A stretch of DNA of 58,357 nucleotides from NCBI GenBank assembly GCA_013141375.1, contig JABFRC010000055.1, positions 1-58,357 of the forward strand, given 5' to 3'. The notes beneath the pieces are model-generated. The model made no database searches and was not told where the DNA came from. It worked only from the letters and a program-made list of their open reading frames with translations. The first letter of the stretch is position 1. Each line of letters starts with the position of its first letter. This DNA comes from Methylococcaceae bacterium (GTDB lineage: Bacteria; Pseudomonadota; Gammaproteobacteria; Methylococcales; Methylomonadaceae). Positions 16,956 through 25,590 of the stretch are shown here, in pieces. The position numbers and the translations under genes are program-made.

Positions 16956-19024
16956 TAATCTCTCACCCAGTCTTCTACCCATCGGCTGGGACGATGCGGT
17001 GATTCAGATAGCGGCGGCACGGGTTTGCCCGCTAAATACCGTCCACAAACTCGCAACATATCGAACACAATCAGCCATAACAACGCAACAAAGAATACTG
17101 TCAGCCAGGCATCCAGTTGGAGATTAAAAATTAACTGTGGCGCAACGCTGGCTTTTTCTGGACTCATGCTACCTGAAGCTAATTTGGCGACAAGATCATT
17201 AGCACCGGCAAAAAAGCCGACGCGCACATCAGTGCTGGCAATTTTTTCCCACGCGGCCGAACTGGTAATAATAATCAACCATAGCAATGGTAAGCCGGTC
17301 ACCCAGGCGTATTTCAACTTATCTGATTTAATCAAAATGCCGGTTGCCACGCTTAAAGCAATAGCCGCCAACATCTGGTTGGCTATGCCAAACAGTGGCC
17401 ACAAAATATTGACACCGCCGTTGGGGTCAATCACGCCGATATAAAGAAAATAACCCCAGCCACTGACAACCAAGGCGCTGGTAAAAATCACCGAAGGCGT
17501 CCAGGAAGTTTCGCCCATTCTCGGCCAAATATTACCCAGCATATCCTGGAGCATAAATCGACCGACGCGCGTACCGGCATCCAGTGTGGTGAGAATAAAG
17601 ATGGCCTCGAACATAATCGCAAAGTGATACCACAAGGCCAGCAATTTCTCTCCGAATGCACTGCCGAATATGCTTGCCATGCCCACTGCCAACGATGGCG
17701 CACCGCCGGTACGTGCAAACAATGAGGCTTCCCCCATTTGATTTGCCAACAGTTGCATCTGCTCGACGGAAACCGGAAAACCCCAGGAGCTGATTTTTGC
17801 TACTGCATCGATTTCAAGCGCACCGACAACTCCGGCCGGACTGTTGATCGCGAAAAATACGCCGGGATCCAAAACCGTAGCGGCAATCATCGCCATCAAC
17901 GCCACAAAAGATTCAAGCAGCATAGCGCCATAACCAATCATCCGAATGTCGCGCTCGTTGATTAAAAGTTTGGGTGTAGTGCCTGAGGCAATCAAGGCAT
18001 GAAATCCTGAAATCGCGCCGCAGGCAATCGTGATAAACACAAATGGAAATAACTTGCCGCCGAAGATTGGCCCGGTGCCATCAATAAATTGAGTCAGCGC
18101 GGGCATTTTCACTTCCGGCTGCAGCATAATGATGGCAAGGGCCAGCAAGGTAATGGTGCCGACTTTAATATAAGTCGATAAGTAATCACGCGGCGCAAGT
18201 AACAACCACACCGGCAATATCGCCGCAGCAAATCCGTAGGCCATCACCCACCAGGCGAGCGTTAAGCCTTCATGGTCAAACAAGATGCGTAGCGTGGCAT
18301 TGTTGTCAATCCAGCCGCCAGCCAAAACGGAGAGTAATAACAAAATTACCCCGATTGCGGAGGCTTCCAATACTTGGCCGGGACGAATAAAACGCATGTA
18401 CACACCGACGATCATCGCAATCGGAATGGTCGCCGCCACCGTCGATGTCGCCCAAGGGCTGTGCTTCATAGCATTGACGACCACTAAGCCAAGCACTGCT
18501 ATCAAGATAATCATGATAAAAAATGTACCGATTAATGCCGCTGTTCCGCCCAATTGACCTAGCTCATCACGCGCCATCTGGCCTAAACTTTTGGCATCGC
18601 GGCGAGTGGACAGAAACAGCGTCACCATATCTTGAACGCAACCACCTAGCACGGCACCAAATAAAATCCACAATGTACCGGGCAGATAACCAAATTGCGC
18701 CGCAAGCGTTGGACCAACCAATGGTCCAGGGCCTGCAATGGCAGCAAAATGATGACCAAACAATATCCAGCGATTGGTCGGCACAAAATCTTTACCGTTA
18801 TCCAAGCGTTCTGCCGGCGTCGCTCTGGTTGTATCTATGACCAATACATTGGCAGCAATCCATGCCGCATAGAAACGATAGGCAATGGCATAAATGCATA
18901 ATGCCGCAGTCACAAACCAAAGTGCATTGATGTCTTCACCGCGATTTATGGCGATGCCGCCTACTGCAGTGGCTCCCAATATGGAAACGATTAGCCAGAT
19001 GATTTTATTTAATTGCGTGTTCAT
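16955..19024 (-). CDS. cstA: Carbon starvation protein A (CstA family peptide/pyruvate transporter)
   Basis: 689-aa polytopic ORF 'FGHHFAAIAGPGPLVGPTLAAQFGYLPG' is canonical CstA. Followed by its usual ybdD-like partner. Confidence 0.95.
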   Translation of the reverse strand: MNTQLNKIIWLIVSILGATAVGGIAINRGEDINALWFVTAALCIYAIAYRFYAAWIAANVLVIDTTRATPAERLDNGKDFVPTNRWILFGHHFAAIAGPGPLVGPTLAAQFGYLPGTLWILFGAVLGGCVQDMVTLFLSTRRDAKSLGQMARDELGQLGGTAALIGTFFIMIILIAVLGLVVVNAMKHSPWATSTVAATIPIAMIVGVYMRFIRPGQVLEASAIGVILLLLSVLAGGWIDNNATLRILFDHEGLTLAWWVMAYGFAAAILPVWLLLAPRDYLSTYIKVGTITLLALAIIMLQPEVKMPALTQFIDGTGPIFGGKLFPFVFITIACGAISGFHALIASGTTPKLLINERDIRMIGYGAMLLESFVALMAMIAATVLDPGVFFAINSPAGVVGALEIDAVAKISSWGFPVSVEQMQLLANQMGEASLFARTGGAPSLAVGMASIFGSAFGEKLLALWYHFAIMFEAIFILTTLDAGTRVGRFMLQDMLGNIWPRMGETSWTPSVIFTSALVVSGWGYFLYIGVIDPNGGVNILWPLFGIANQMLAAIALSVATGILIKSDKLKYAWVTGLPLLWLIIITSSAAWEKIASTDVRVGFFAGANDLVAKLASGSMSPEKASVAPQLIFNLQLDAWLTVFFVALLWLIVFDMLRVCGRYLAGKPVPPLSESPHRPSRWVEDWVRD

Positions 19025-19136
19025 GATGGGGTTTACTCCGTTGATGAATTTCCAGCTTTCAGAGAATTATCCGAAAATTAACCCGTCTTTCTAGTTGGAT
19101 GCGACAAAATACCAATTTGCCCCCTCAAAATGACGA

Positions 19137-19161
19137 TCTGACAGGCTGAAAACCTGTCAGA
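19137..19161 (-). terminator. Possible terminator hairpin downstream of the DUF411 gene
   Basis: 9-bp stem TCTGACAGG / CCTGTCAGA with a 7-nt loop. On the minus strand it is followed by only a weak U-tract (TCGTCATTTT). Confidence 0.35.
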
Positions 19162-19244
19162 CCGAAACGCCTGACTGCCTCAATGCAAACAAAAACTTTT
19201 ATGCCCGATTGATCGGGATAATCTTTTCGATGAAGCTTATCAAT

Positions 19245-19703
19245 CTATTGCTTGCTTGGATAACTGTTAAATACTTTGTAGTTCTGTTTTTTATCAAAAC
19301 TGACCACTTTATAGGCATCTGCCTTAGGCCCCATTTCCATTCCTGGGCTGCCGTTGACCATACCCGGCACGGTAATTCCGGTAACATTCGATTTTTTCTT
19401 TAATAATTCGGCAATATCAGCCGCAGGCACATGACCTTCCACCACATAACCATTAATAACTGCCGTATGGCAGGAAGCCAGCTCTTGGGTAATGCCGTAT
19501 TTAGTTTTGATGGCTTGCACATCATCGGTGACAATGTCTTTAACTTTGAAGCCGTTTTGTTGTAAATGCTCGACCCACTTGCCACAGCAGCCGCAGGAAG
19601 AACTGCGATAAACCACGACCTCTTCGGATTTCGCTGTTTCAGCACCCGCGCCAGTATTGAGAACCATCAATGCCATTGCCGCTAACACTTTTAAAGTTTT
19701 CAT
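19245..19703 (-). CDS. DUF411 (CopG-like) periplasmic metal-binding protein
   Basis: Signal peptide 'MKTLKVLAAMALMVLNTGAGA'. 'SSSCGCCGKWVEHL' and 'ASCHTAVINGYVVEGHVPAADI' are DUF411 hallmarks. The ATG at 19703 has GGAG 6 nt upstream. The track start at 19715 is a TTG inside that RBS. Confidence 0.8.
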   Translation of the reverse strand: MKTLKVLAAMALMVLNTGAGAETAKSEEVVVYRSSSCGCCGKWVEHLQQNGFKVKDIVTDDVQAIKTKYGITQELASCHTAVINGYVVEGHVPAADIAELLKKKSNVTGITVPGMVNGSPGMEMGPKADAYKVVSFDKKQNYKVFNSYPSKQ

Positions 19704-19731
19704 CCTATTCTCCAAGATCTAACAACGAACA

Positions 19732-20799
19732 TTAAGAACGATGATAAGCAGGACTGTATTGTCGCACCGCATCAACCATGGCCTTGACATGCTCAGGATT
19801 AATATCGGGCAGTATGCCGTGCCCCAGATTGAACACATGGCCGGAACCCTCGCCGTACTTGGCCAAAACAGCTTTGACCTTTTCAGCAATCACGTCAGGA
19901 TTAGCGTAAAGCGCAACCGGATCCATGTTGCCTTGCAGGGCAACTTTGCCACCGACTCTGGCCCGAGCCTGATGAATATCCGTCTGCCAATCCAAGCCCA
20001 ATGCATCGTAACCGGCATCGGCCATAAGCTCCAGCCACAAGCCACCACCCTTGGTAAATAAAATCGTCGGGATCTGCTGACCATCTACGTTGGTATTGAG
20101 CAATGCTCTGACTTGCTTGGCGTAATAAAGAGAAAACTCAGTGTAATCTTCAGTGCTCAACATGCCGCCCCATGTATCGAACAACATGACCGCTTGGGCA
20201 CCCGCAGCAATTTGCGCATTCAAGTAGGCTGCGACCGATTGAGCCAACTTATCGAGCATGACATGCATCAACTTTGGCTCGTTGTACATCATCGACTTAA
20301 CTTTTTGAAAGCTTTTGCTACTGCCGCCTTCAACCATATACGTTGCCAATGTCCAAGGACTGCCTGAAAAGCCAATCAACGGTACGCTGCCTTGCAGGTT
20401 TTTTCTGATTAATCTAACTGCATCCATGACATAACGCAGCTCATCTTCAGGATCAGGAATCGGTAATTTCTCTACATCGGCAGCGGTTCTGACCGGATTA
20501 GTAAATTTTGGGCCTTCGTTTTCAGAAAAATATAAACCCAGGCCCATCGCATCTGGAACAGTCAATATGTCCGAAAATAAAATAGCGGCATCAAAGCCGT
20601 AACGGCGCAAAGGCTGTAAAGTGACTTCACAAGCCAATTCAGGATTGGTGCATAAATCCAGAAAACTACCCGCTTGCTGTCTTACTTCGCGGTATTCTGG
20701 CAAATAGCGGCCTGCCTGACGCATCATCCACACCGGTGTCCGATCTACGGGCTGTTTTAATAACGTTCTGATAAAAATATCGTTTTGTAATGCTGGCAT
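19732..20799 (-). CDS. hemE: Uroporphyrinogen decarboxylase
   Basis: 355-aa ORF '[17 protein letters not shown]', '[14 protein letters not shown]'. Confidence 0.95.
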   Translation of the reverse strand: MPALQNDIFIRTLLKQPVDRTPVWMMRQAGRYLPEYREVRQQAGSFLDLCTNPELACEVTLQPLRRYGFDAAILFSDILTVPDAMGLGLYFSENEGPKFTNPVRTAADVEKLPIPDPEDELRYVMDAVRLIRKNLQGSVPLIGFSGSPWTLATYMVEGGSSKSFQKVKSMMYNEPKLMHVMLDKLAQSVAAYLNAQIAAGAQAVMLFDTWGGMLSTEDYTEFSLYYAKQVRALLNTNVDGQQIPTILFTKGGGLWLELMADAGYDALGLDWQTDIHQARARVGGKVALQGNMDPVALYANPDVIAEKVKAVLAKYGEGSGHVFNLGHGILPDINPEHVKAMVDAVRQYSPAYHRS

Positions 20800-20832
20800 T
20801 TAGTCATCGCCTTCTTTGGGTACGTCAAATAT

Positions 20833-20862
20833 AAAAAATACTAGGGTACATAACGAACCCTA
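20833..20862 (-). terminator. Probable rho-independent terminator after the AAA/SPOR gene
   Basis: Minus-strand hairpin TAGGGT(9-nt loop)ACCCTA followed by GTATTTTTTAT. Confidence 0.45.
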
Positions 20863-20883
20863 TGCGAATTAACAACTGTTTGG

Positions 20884-22314
20884 CTAAGGGGTACCTATTT
20901 TTCTAGCCAGAGAATTTCGAAATTCCGCGGGGAGCGACTGACGGGCTTTATTTGCCGCAGCGGCACTATCGAAGGATCCGTACATCAATGCATATCTCTC
21001 TTGTCCGCCAGCCACAAACTTATTCACCCGAATGCCAGAATTTAGACTGGGATATTTAGCCTTAATCTCATCGACCGACGACTGTTTCGAAACCACTATC
21101 AACTGCAAAGTGTAAGCACCCGCTGTGCGATCAGGCGGGTTAATTATCGGTTTTTTTTCTTCAGTTACCGATATCTCCGGCACATTTTTTGCTTTTGGCG
21201 TTGGTTTTAAATTCGTGCTAATTTTAGACTCAGGTATCGGCTTTTCAATAACAGGGACTGGCGTAATGATCGGCTGCTTTTCAATCGTTACAGTGGTTTC
21301 TGGCTTCGGATTATCAGGCATTATCTCTAAAGTCACCACAGGCTCTGCCGGGCTAACAGACTCAATAACAATCGGCTCGGCCTCCAAACTGGCTTGTGGA
21401 TTCGGCGTCGGCACCTCTTTTTCAACTTGAGCTGTTGGCAAAGCAGGACTGGATTTAAGTTCTATAGCCTTAGATTCTTCTGGCTTTGGCGATGGTATTG
21501 AAGGAGCTTCCGCCAAGTCTTTAAGCATTGGACTCAAATATTGGACGCCGAGAGTAATGGCAACCAATATCACGGCCGCTGCAGCCATCCACCACCCGCC
21601 ATTATTATTTTGCTGGCTGATTGATAATTCGGGAATTTGTTCGAAAATCTTACCGGGTATGCCGTGTGTATCTCGATACACAGCCTCTATCAAATCTTCA
21701 TTTATTGCAGCTTGTGATAACGGAAACGACGGTTGACTGGACAATTCCAGTAAAAATTCACCACACTGTTTTTCAGATAACGGCGGAATTTCAATTACAT
21801 GACAATCGTCCAACACACGATCGGACTGACTCAATACATGCAGCTCATCATGGGTAAGCACAAATACAATGCGCAATGCAGGATTAGCCGTGGCATATTG
21901 CACAACAGTTGTTATCAGGCCGGGCACCAGTAATCCGGCATCATCAATAGTCAGCACTATTTTTCTATGCTGACTGCCGTATTTACTGAATATTGCCGAT
22001 AAGGATTGGGATTTATCTATCCCCAAAGTGTGAGCAAGACTGTCTTGAATGGCTTCAAAACTCAATGCGGCATTACCTTTTACTGGGCAATAAAGCCATG
22101 ATGGATTTTTACGCTCCTGCAAAATGTTAATCAGTGTGGTTTTGCCGATACCGTCAGGTCCACATACCACTAACGAGTGCGGCAGATTTGCCAACAGATG
22201 GATCAATAACTCCAACTTTTGGTTACGTTCTTGCGTAATTAGCGACAATGCCGTCGTTGCTTTCATTAACGGCGGCTTTTTCAAACTAACAGTGAAAGTA
22301 TCAAGCTCTACCAT
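20884..22314 (-). CDS. ExeA-like AAA ATPase / transmembrane / Pro-rich linker / C-terminal SPOR domain protein (in the DamX position)
   Basis: Walker A '[10 protein letters not shown]', Walker B 'VLTIDDAG', one TM segment '[17 protein letters not shown]', a Pro/Glu-rich linker, and a C-terminal SPOR-like '[21 protein letters not shown]...[19 protein letters not shown]'. The start is uncertain: 22314 overlaps aroB by 14 nt, and 22266 is an alternative ATG. Confidence 0.7.
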   Translation of the reverse strand: MVELDTFTVSLKKPPLMKATTALSLITQERNQKLELLIHLLANLPHSLVVCGPDGIGKTTLINILQERKNPSWLYCPVKGNAALSFEAIQDSLAHTLGIDKSQSLSAIFSKYGSQHRKIVLTIDDAGLLVPGLITTVVQYATANPALRIVFVLTHDELHVLSQSDRVLDDCHVIEIPPLSEKQCGEFLLELSSQPSFPLSQAAINEDLIEAVYRDTHGIPGKIFEQIPELSISQQNNNGGWWMAAAAVILVAITLGVQYLSPMLKDLAEAPSIPSPKPEESKAIELKSSPALPTAQVEKEVPTPNPQASLEAEPIVIESVSPAEPVVTLEIMPDNPKPETTVTIEKQPIITPVPVIEKPIPESKISTNLKPTPKAKNVPEISVTEEKKPIINPPDRTAGAYTLQLIVVSKQSSVDEIKAKYPSLNSGIRVNKFVAGGQERYALMYGSFDSAAAANKARQSLPAEFRNSLARKIGTP

Positions 22315-23383
22315 AGCTTTTTAGCGTCAACTCTAATAATTCACGGGGTACATTAACCGGCAACGTTGCCTCGCCTATTTGTGCCAATAGAATCAACCGT
22401 ATCTGGCCATCAACATTTTTTTTATCCACCGCCATCAAGTCAATGAATCGCTCAACATCGAGATCGGCAGGCGGCGTCACCGGCAATCTAGCTTTTTTAA
22501 AAACCCGGATAATTCTTTCAACATCATCATCGTCCAGCCAACCTTTGCGCTTGGACAAATCGGCCGCCTGGCACGTTCCGATTGCTATTGCTTCGCCATG
22601 CAGATATTCGCCATAGCCCATACCTGTCTCTATCGCATGACCAAAGGTATGGCCTAAATTTAATGTTGCTCTGAGCCCGGTTTCCATTTCATCTTGCTCA
22701 ACAACCTCGGCTTTGTTGGCACAAGACCGCTCAATAGCAAAAGCTAATGCACGCTTATCTCTGGCAAGCAACGCTTCTATATTGTGCTCAAGCCACTCAA
22801 AAAACTCTAAATCTCTAATCAAACCGTATTTGATCACTTCGGCTAATCCGGCGGACAGCTGTCTATCATCCAAGGTATCTAGTACATCGGCATCGGCAAT
22901 CACAACTTGCGGCTGATAAAACGCGCCGATCATGTTCTTGCCTAAAGGATGATTAACCCCGGTTTTACCACCAACGGACGAATCCACCTGCGCCAACAAA
23001 GTCGTGGGTATTTGTATAAAGGCAATGCCGCGCTGGTAACAGGCGGCTGCAAATCCGCCCATATCACCAATAACTCCGCCACCAAGCGCAATCAATGTTG
23101 AATTTCGGCTGAATTTATTCGCCAGTAATTTGTCAAAAACTTTACCGACATACTCCAGCGTCTTAAATTGCTCGCCATCTGGCAAAATGACCGTTTCAAC
23201 ACTGAAATGGGCTAAATTACTTACCAGTTTATCCAGATATAAAGGAGCAATTGTCTCATTGGTAACGATTGCAACTTGCTTGGATTTGATATGCTGAGTC
23301 AATAATTCCGGCTTATCCAACAAGCCTGCACCGATATATATGGGATAACTACGCGCACCCAGTTCTACGTGTAATGTTTTCAT
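22301..23383 (-). CDS. aroB: 3-dehydroquinate synthase
   Basis: 360-aa ORF '[48 protein letters not shown]'. Confidence 0.95.
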   Translation of the reverse strand: MKTLHVELGARSYPIYIGAGLLDKPELLTQHIKSKQVAIVTNETIAPLYLDKLVSNLAHFSVETVILPDGEQFKTLEYVGKVFDKLLANKFSRNSTLIALGGGVIGDMGGFAAACYQRGIAFIQIPTTLLAQVDSSVGGKTGVNHPLGKNMIGAFYQPQVVIADADVLDTLDDRQLSAGLAEVIKYGLIRDLEFFEWLEHNIEALLARDKRALAFAIERSCANKAEVVEQDEMETGLRATLNLGHTFGHAIETGMGYGEYLHGEAIAIGTCQAADLSKRKGWLDDDDVERIIRVFKKARLPVTPPADLDVERFIDLMAVDKKNVDGQIRLILLAQIGEATLPVNVPRELLELTLKSYGRA

Positions 23384-23386
23384 TTG

Positions 23387-23911
23387 TTACCGATGGACAG
23401 ATTTATAGGCTTCCAAAATACGATTAACCACTTCCTTGCTTGGCAAGGTGCCGGTGTCTACTTTAAATTCAGCACAAGATAGGTATAACGGCTCTCGTTC
23501 AGCGAACAATGCTTCCAGGCGCGATCTGGGATTATCTGTTTGCAATAGTGGCCGCTGCGTATCGCGACGGGTTCGTTCCAGAATTCTATCGATCGCACAT
23601 TGCAAATAAACCACGAAGCCATTATTTTTTAGAGCGTTGCGATTTTCTTCGCGTAATATCGCCCCGCCGCCGGTTGCCAACACAATCCCGTCCATTTCGG
23701 TTAATTGCTGAAGCATTTTCTGCTCCCTGTCCCTGAAGCCCTGCTCTCCTTCGAATTCAAATATCGTCGGAATATCAACACCGGTGCGCTCTTCAATGGC
23801 CTTGTCACTATCATAAAAAGGCACAGCCAGCGCTTTAGCCAACTGCCGCCCGATAGTGGTTTTACCAGCACCCATGAGGCCAATTAAATAAATGTTCTCG
23901 GATTGCGCCAT
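23387..23911 (-). CDS. aroK: Shikimate kinase
   Basis: 174-aa ORF 'NIYLIGLMGAGKTTIGRQLA', 'LATGGGAI'. Confidence 0.95.
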   Translation of the reverse strand: MAQSENIYLIGLMGAGKTTIGRQLAKALAVPFYDSDKAIEERTGVDIPTIFEFEGEQGFRDREQKMLQQLTEMDGIVLATGGGAILREENRNALKNNGFVVYLQCAIDRILERTRRDTQRPLLQTDNPRSRLEALFAEREPLYLSCAEFKVDTGTLPSKEVVNRILEAYKSVHR

Positions 23912-23940
23912 TTGTCACTCAGTTTTGAGGTTAAAAACAA

Positions 23941-23968
23941 TAAAAAAGGGGGCATTATGCCCCCTTTT
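23941..23968 (-). terminator. Rho-independent terminator (bidirectional form) between the 511-aa gene and aroK
   Basis: GGGGGCA-TTA-TGCCCCC stem-loop (23948-23964), flanked by an A6 run on one side and T4 on the other. On the minus strand the stem is followed by TTTTTTATT. Confidence 0.6.
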
Positions 23969-24040
23969 GATGTTGAGTAGAAGCCATCAATCAGAATTGC
24001 TGGCTTCTCGGCAATGCCATAGCCTTAAGGCTATGGCAAA

Positions 24041-25576
24041 TTATTGAACTAACGTCACACTAACGGCTTCCAGCCACAGAGGCTTTTTACCTTCTGGCGG
24101 ATGGTATTTGAATACCGCTGAGTAAAATTCTCCCGATTTAGTATCCAGTATCCTAGATAACACCACTTGGTTATTTTCCGGATTATAGGTAGCTTGATAC
24201 GGGTCTCCAGAAAGTGCCTCTGAAAGCCCGGAGATTTTCTTTAAACTCAGCCTAACTTCCTCACTAGGGTTAAAACTCTTTTTAACAATCGATCCTTGAT
24301 AACTTAATGTTGCAGAATACAGATCATTAAAAATACGCACTTTAGGAACAACCAATTGGTGCTTGCTCTCGTTCAGTGTTGGTAAAGCCTGACTTGGCGC
24401 ATAAGGTGCCGCTGCAGCTGATGCCGGTGAGCCAGATACATTATTGACAGCCAGCGGTTTTTTGCCAGTATTACTTACAGTTAGTGCGTACTCATCGTCA
24501 CTATTGGGAAATGCCGAAATATATTGTCTGGTTGTTTCTACTTTCTTACCAGCATCAAAAATTGGTTCTCCTGCCTTCTTAAGCAATACCGATCCATTCG
24601 AACATCCTTTAGGGGTCCCATCCCTTTCTAATGGAACAGAAATCGCCACAAAGTATGTTCTCGCTCCTTTTGGAGCCCCAATATCAACCGAATTGGTGGT
24701 GTCATAGCAAGGATCAACAACCCCCACCAGTGCACCCTCATAAGCACCATAGTTATAGGCCAAATACATAGAATCTGAGTAATATGCATCTATTACTTCT
24801 CCAGTATCATTTCTAGTAATAGTTAAAGGCACTGCTGCATTCGCAATTTCCGGAGTAAGTTTTGTGCTATCAAACACATACATTACCCAGCTTTTTTTTC
24901 CGTAACACACAGAACCACTTGCACAAACTTCGATATGAATAATTTCGTCTCCCGGACTGCCTATTGAATACCAATCTCTATCATTTGAAGCCATTAGATG
25001 ACCCTTTATCATTTGACCAGGATTTAAAGCATTTGCTTTGTCAAAACTGTTGTTATATTCAATTTCAACATTTTCGACATCCGATCCATTCGAAATATTA
25101 TCCGGATTACCTAGAATCGTGATTGTCAAAGTAGCTGTTGACTGCTGAATTCCAGACTGGAGACTATAAGTAAACTTATCCGTAAGAAATTGGCCGCCTT
25201 TTAAAGCCAAAAGAACAGGTAATCTTTCATATAACTTGTAGGTATATGCACCGGTAGAATTAAATTGTATATATCCATACTTGCCGATTAATGAACTTTG
25301 CAGTGCGATTTTAATGTTTGTGGCAAAAGTAGTCACATTTGGATCATTTGAAGTTACATTACCAATAACACTGGAACTAGGCGATTGACCGGCAAGGATG
25401 GTTTCAGCATCATCCACAGCAGACAAGACAATCTTCGTTGTTCCGGTTCCGGTTCCCGTCCCACTTCCTGATCCCGTACTTGGTTTAGGCGTTGGTTGAA
25501 TTAAAACCGTTGAAAATGCTGAACTCGAAACTATTGATAGAGTAACGATCAGCGCAGATATAAAATTTTTGTTCAT
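24041..25576 (-). CDS. Secreted multidomain protein (signal peptide, GS/GT linker, VCBS/cadherin-like segment, PPC-like segment, unknown C-terminal domain)
   Basis: 511-aa ORF starting 14 nt after the pilQ stop. Sec signal 'MNKNFISALIVTLSIVSSSAFS', then 'GSGSGTGTGTGT'. 'GNVTSNDPN...STGAYTYKL...DKFTYSL...TLTITILG' is VCBS-like. 'FDKANAL.PGQ..KGHL...DRDWYSI' through 'DDEYALTVS' is PPC-like. Domain calls are by eye only. Confidence 0.7.
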   Translation of the reverse strand: MNKNFISALIVTLSIVSSSAFSTVLIQPTPKPSTGSGSGTGTGTGTTKIVLSAVDDAETILAGQSPSSSVIGNVTSNDPNVTTFATNIKIALQSSLIGKYGYIQFNSTGAYTYKLYERLPVLLALKGGQFLTDKFTYSLQSGIQQSTATLTITILGNPDNISNGSDVENVEIEYNNSFDKANALNPGQMIKGHLMASNDRDWYSIGSPGDEIIHIEVCASGSVCYGKKSWVMYVFDSTKLTPEIANAAVPLTITRNDTGEVIDAYYSDSMYLAYNYGAYEGALVGVVDPCYDTTNSVDIGAPKGARTYFVAISVPLERDGTPKGCSNGSVLLKKAGEPIFDAGKKVETTRQYISAFPNSDDEYALTVSNTGKKPLAVNNVSGSPASAAAAPYAPSQALPTLNESKHQLVVPKVRIFNDLYSATLSYQGSIVKKSFNPSEEVRLSLKKISGLSEALSGDPYQATYNPENNQVVLSRILDTKSGEFYSAVFKYHPPEGKKPLWLEAVSVTLVQ

Positions 25577-25590
25577 ATATTACTCCGGAT

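Noticed and set aside
25441-25480. The near-tandem hexamer (GTTCCG)2-GTTCCC encoding the GS/GT linker of the 511-aa protein, considered as a slipped-strand phase-variation tract.
   Set aside because: There are only two perfect units and the unit length is a multiple of 3. Slippage would change linker length, not switch the gene on or off.
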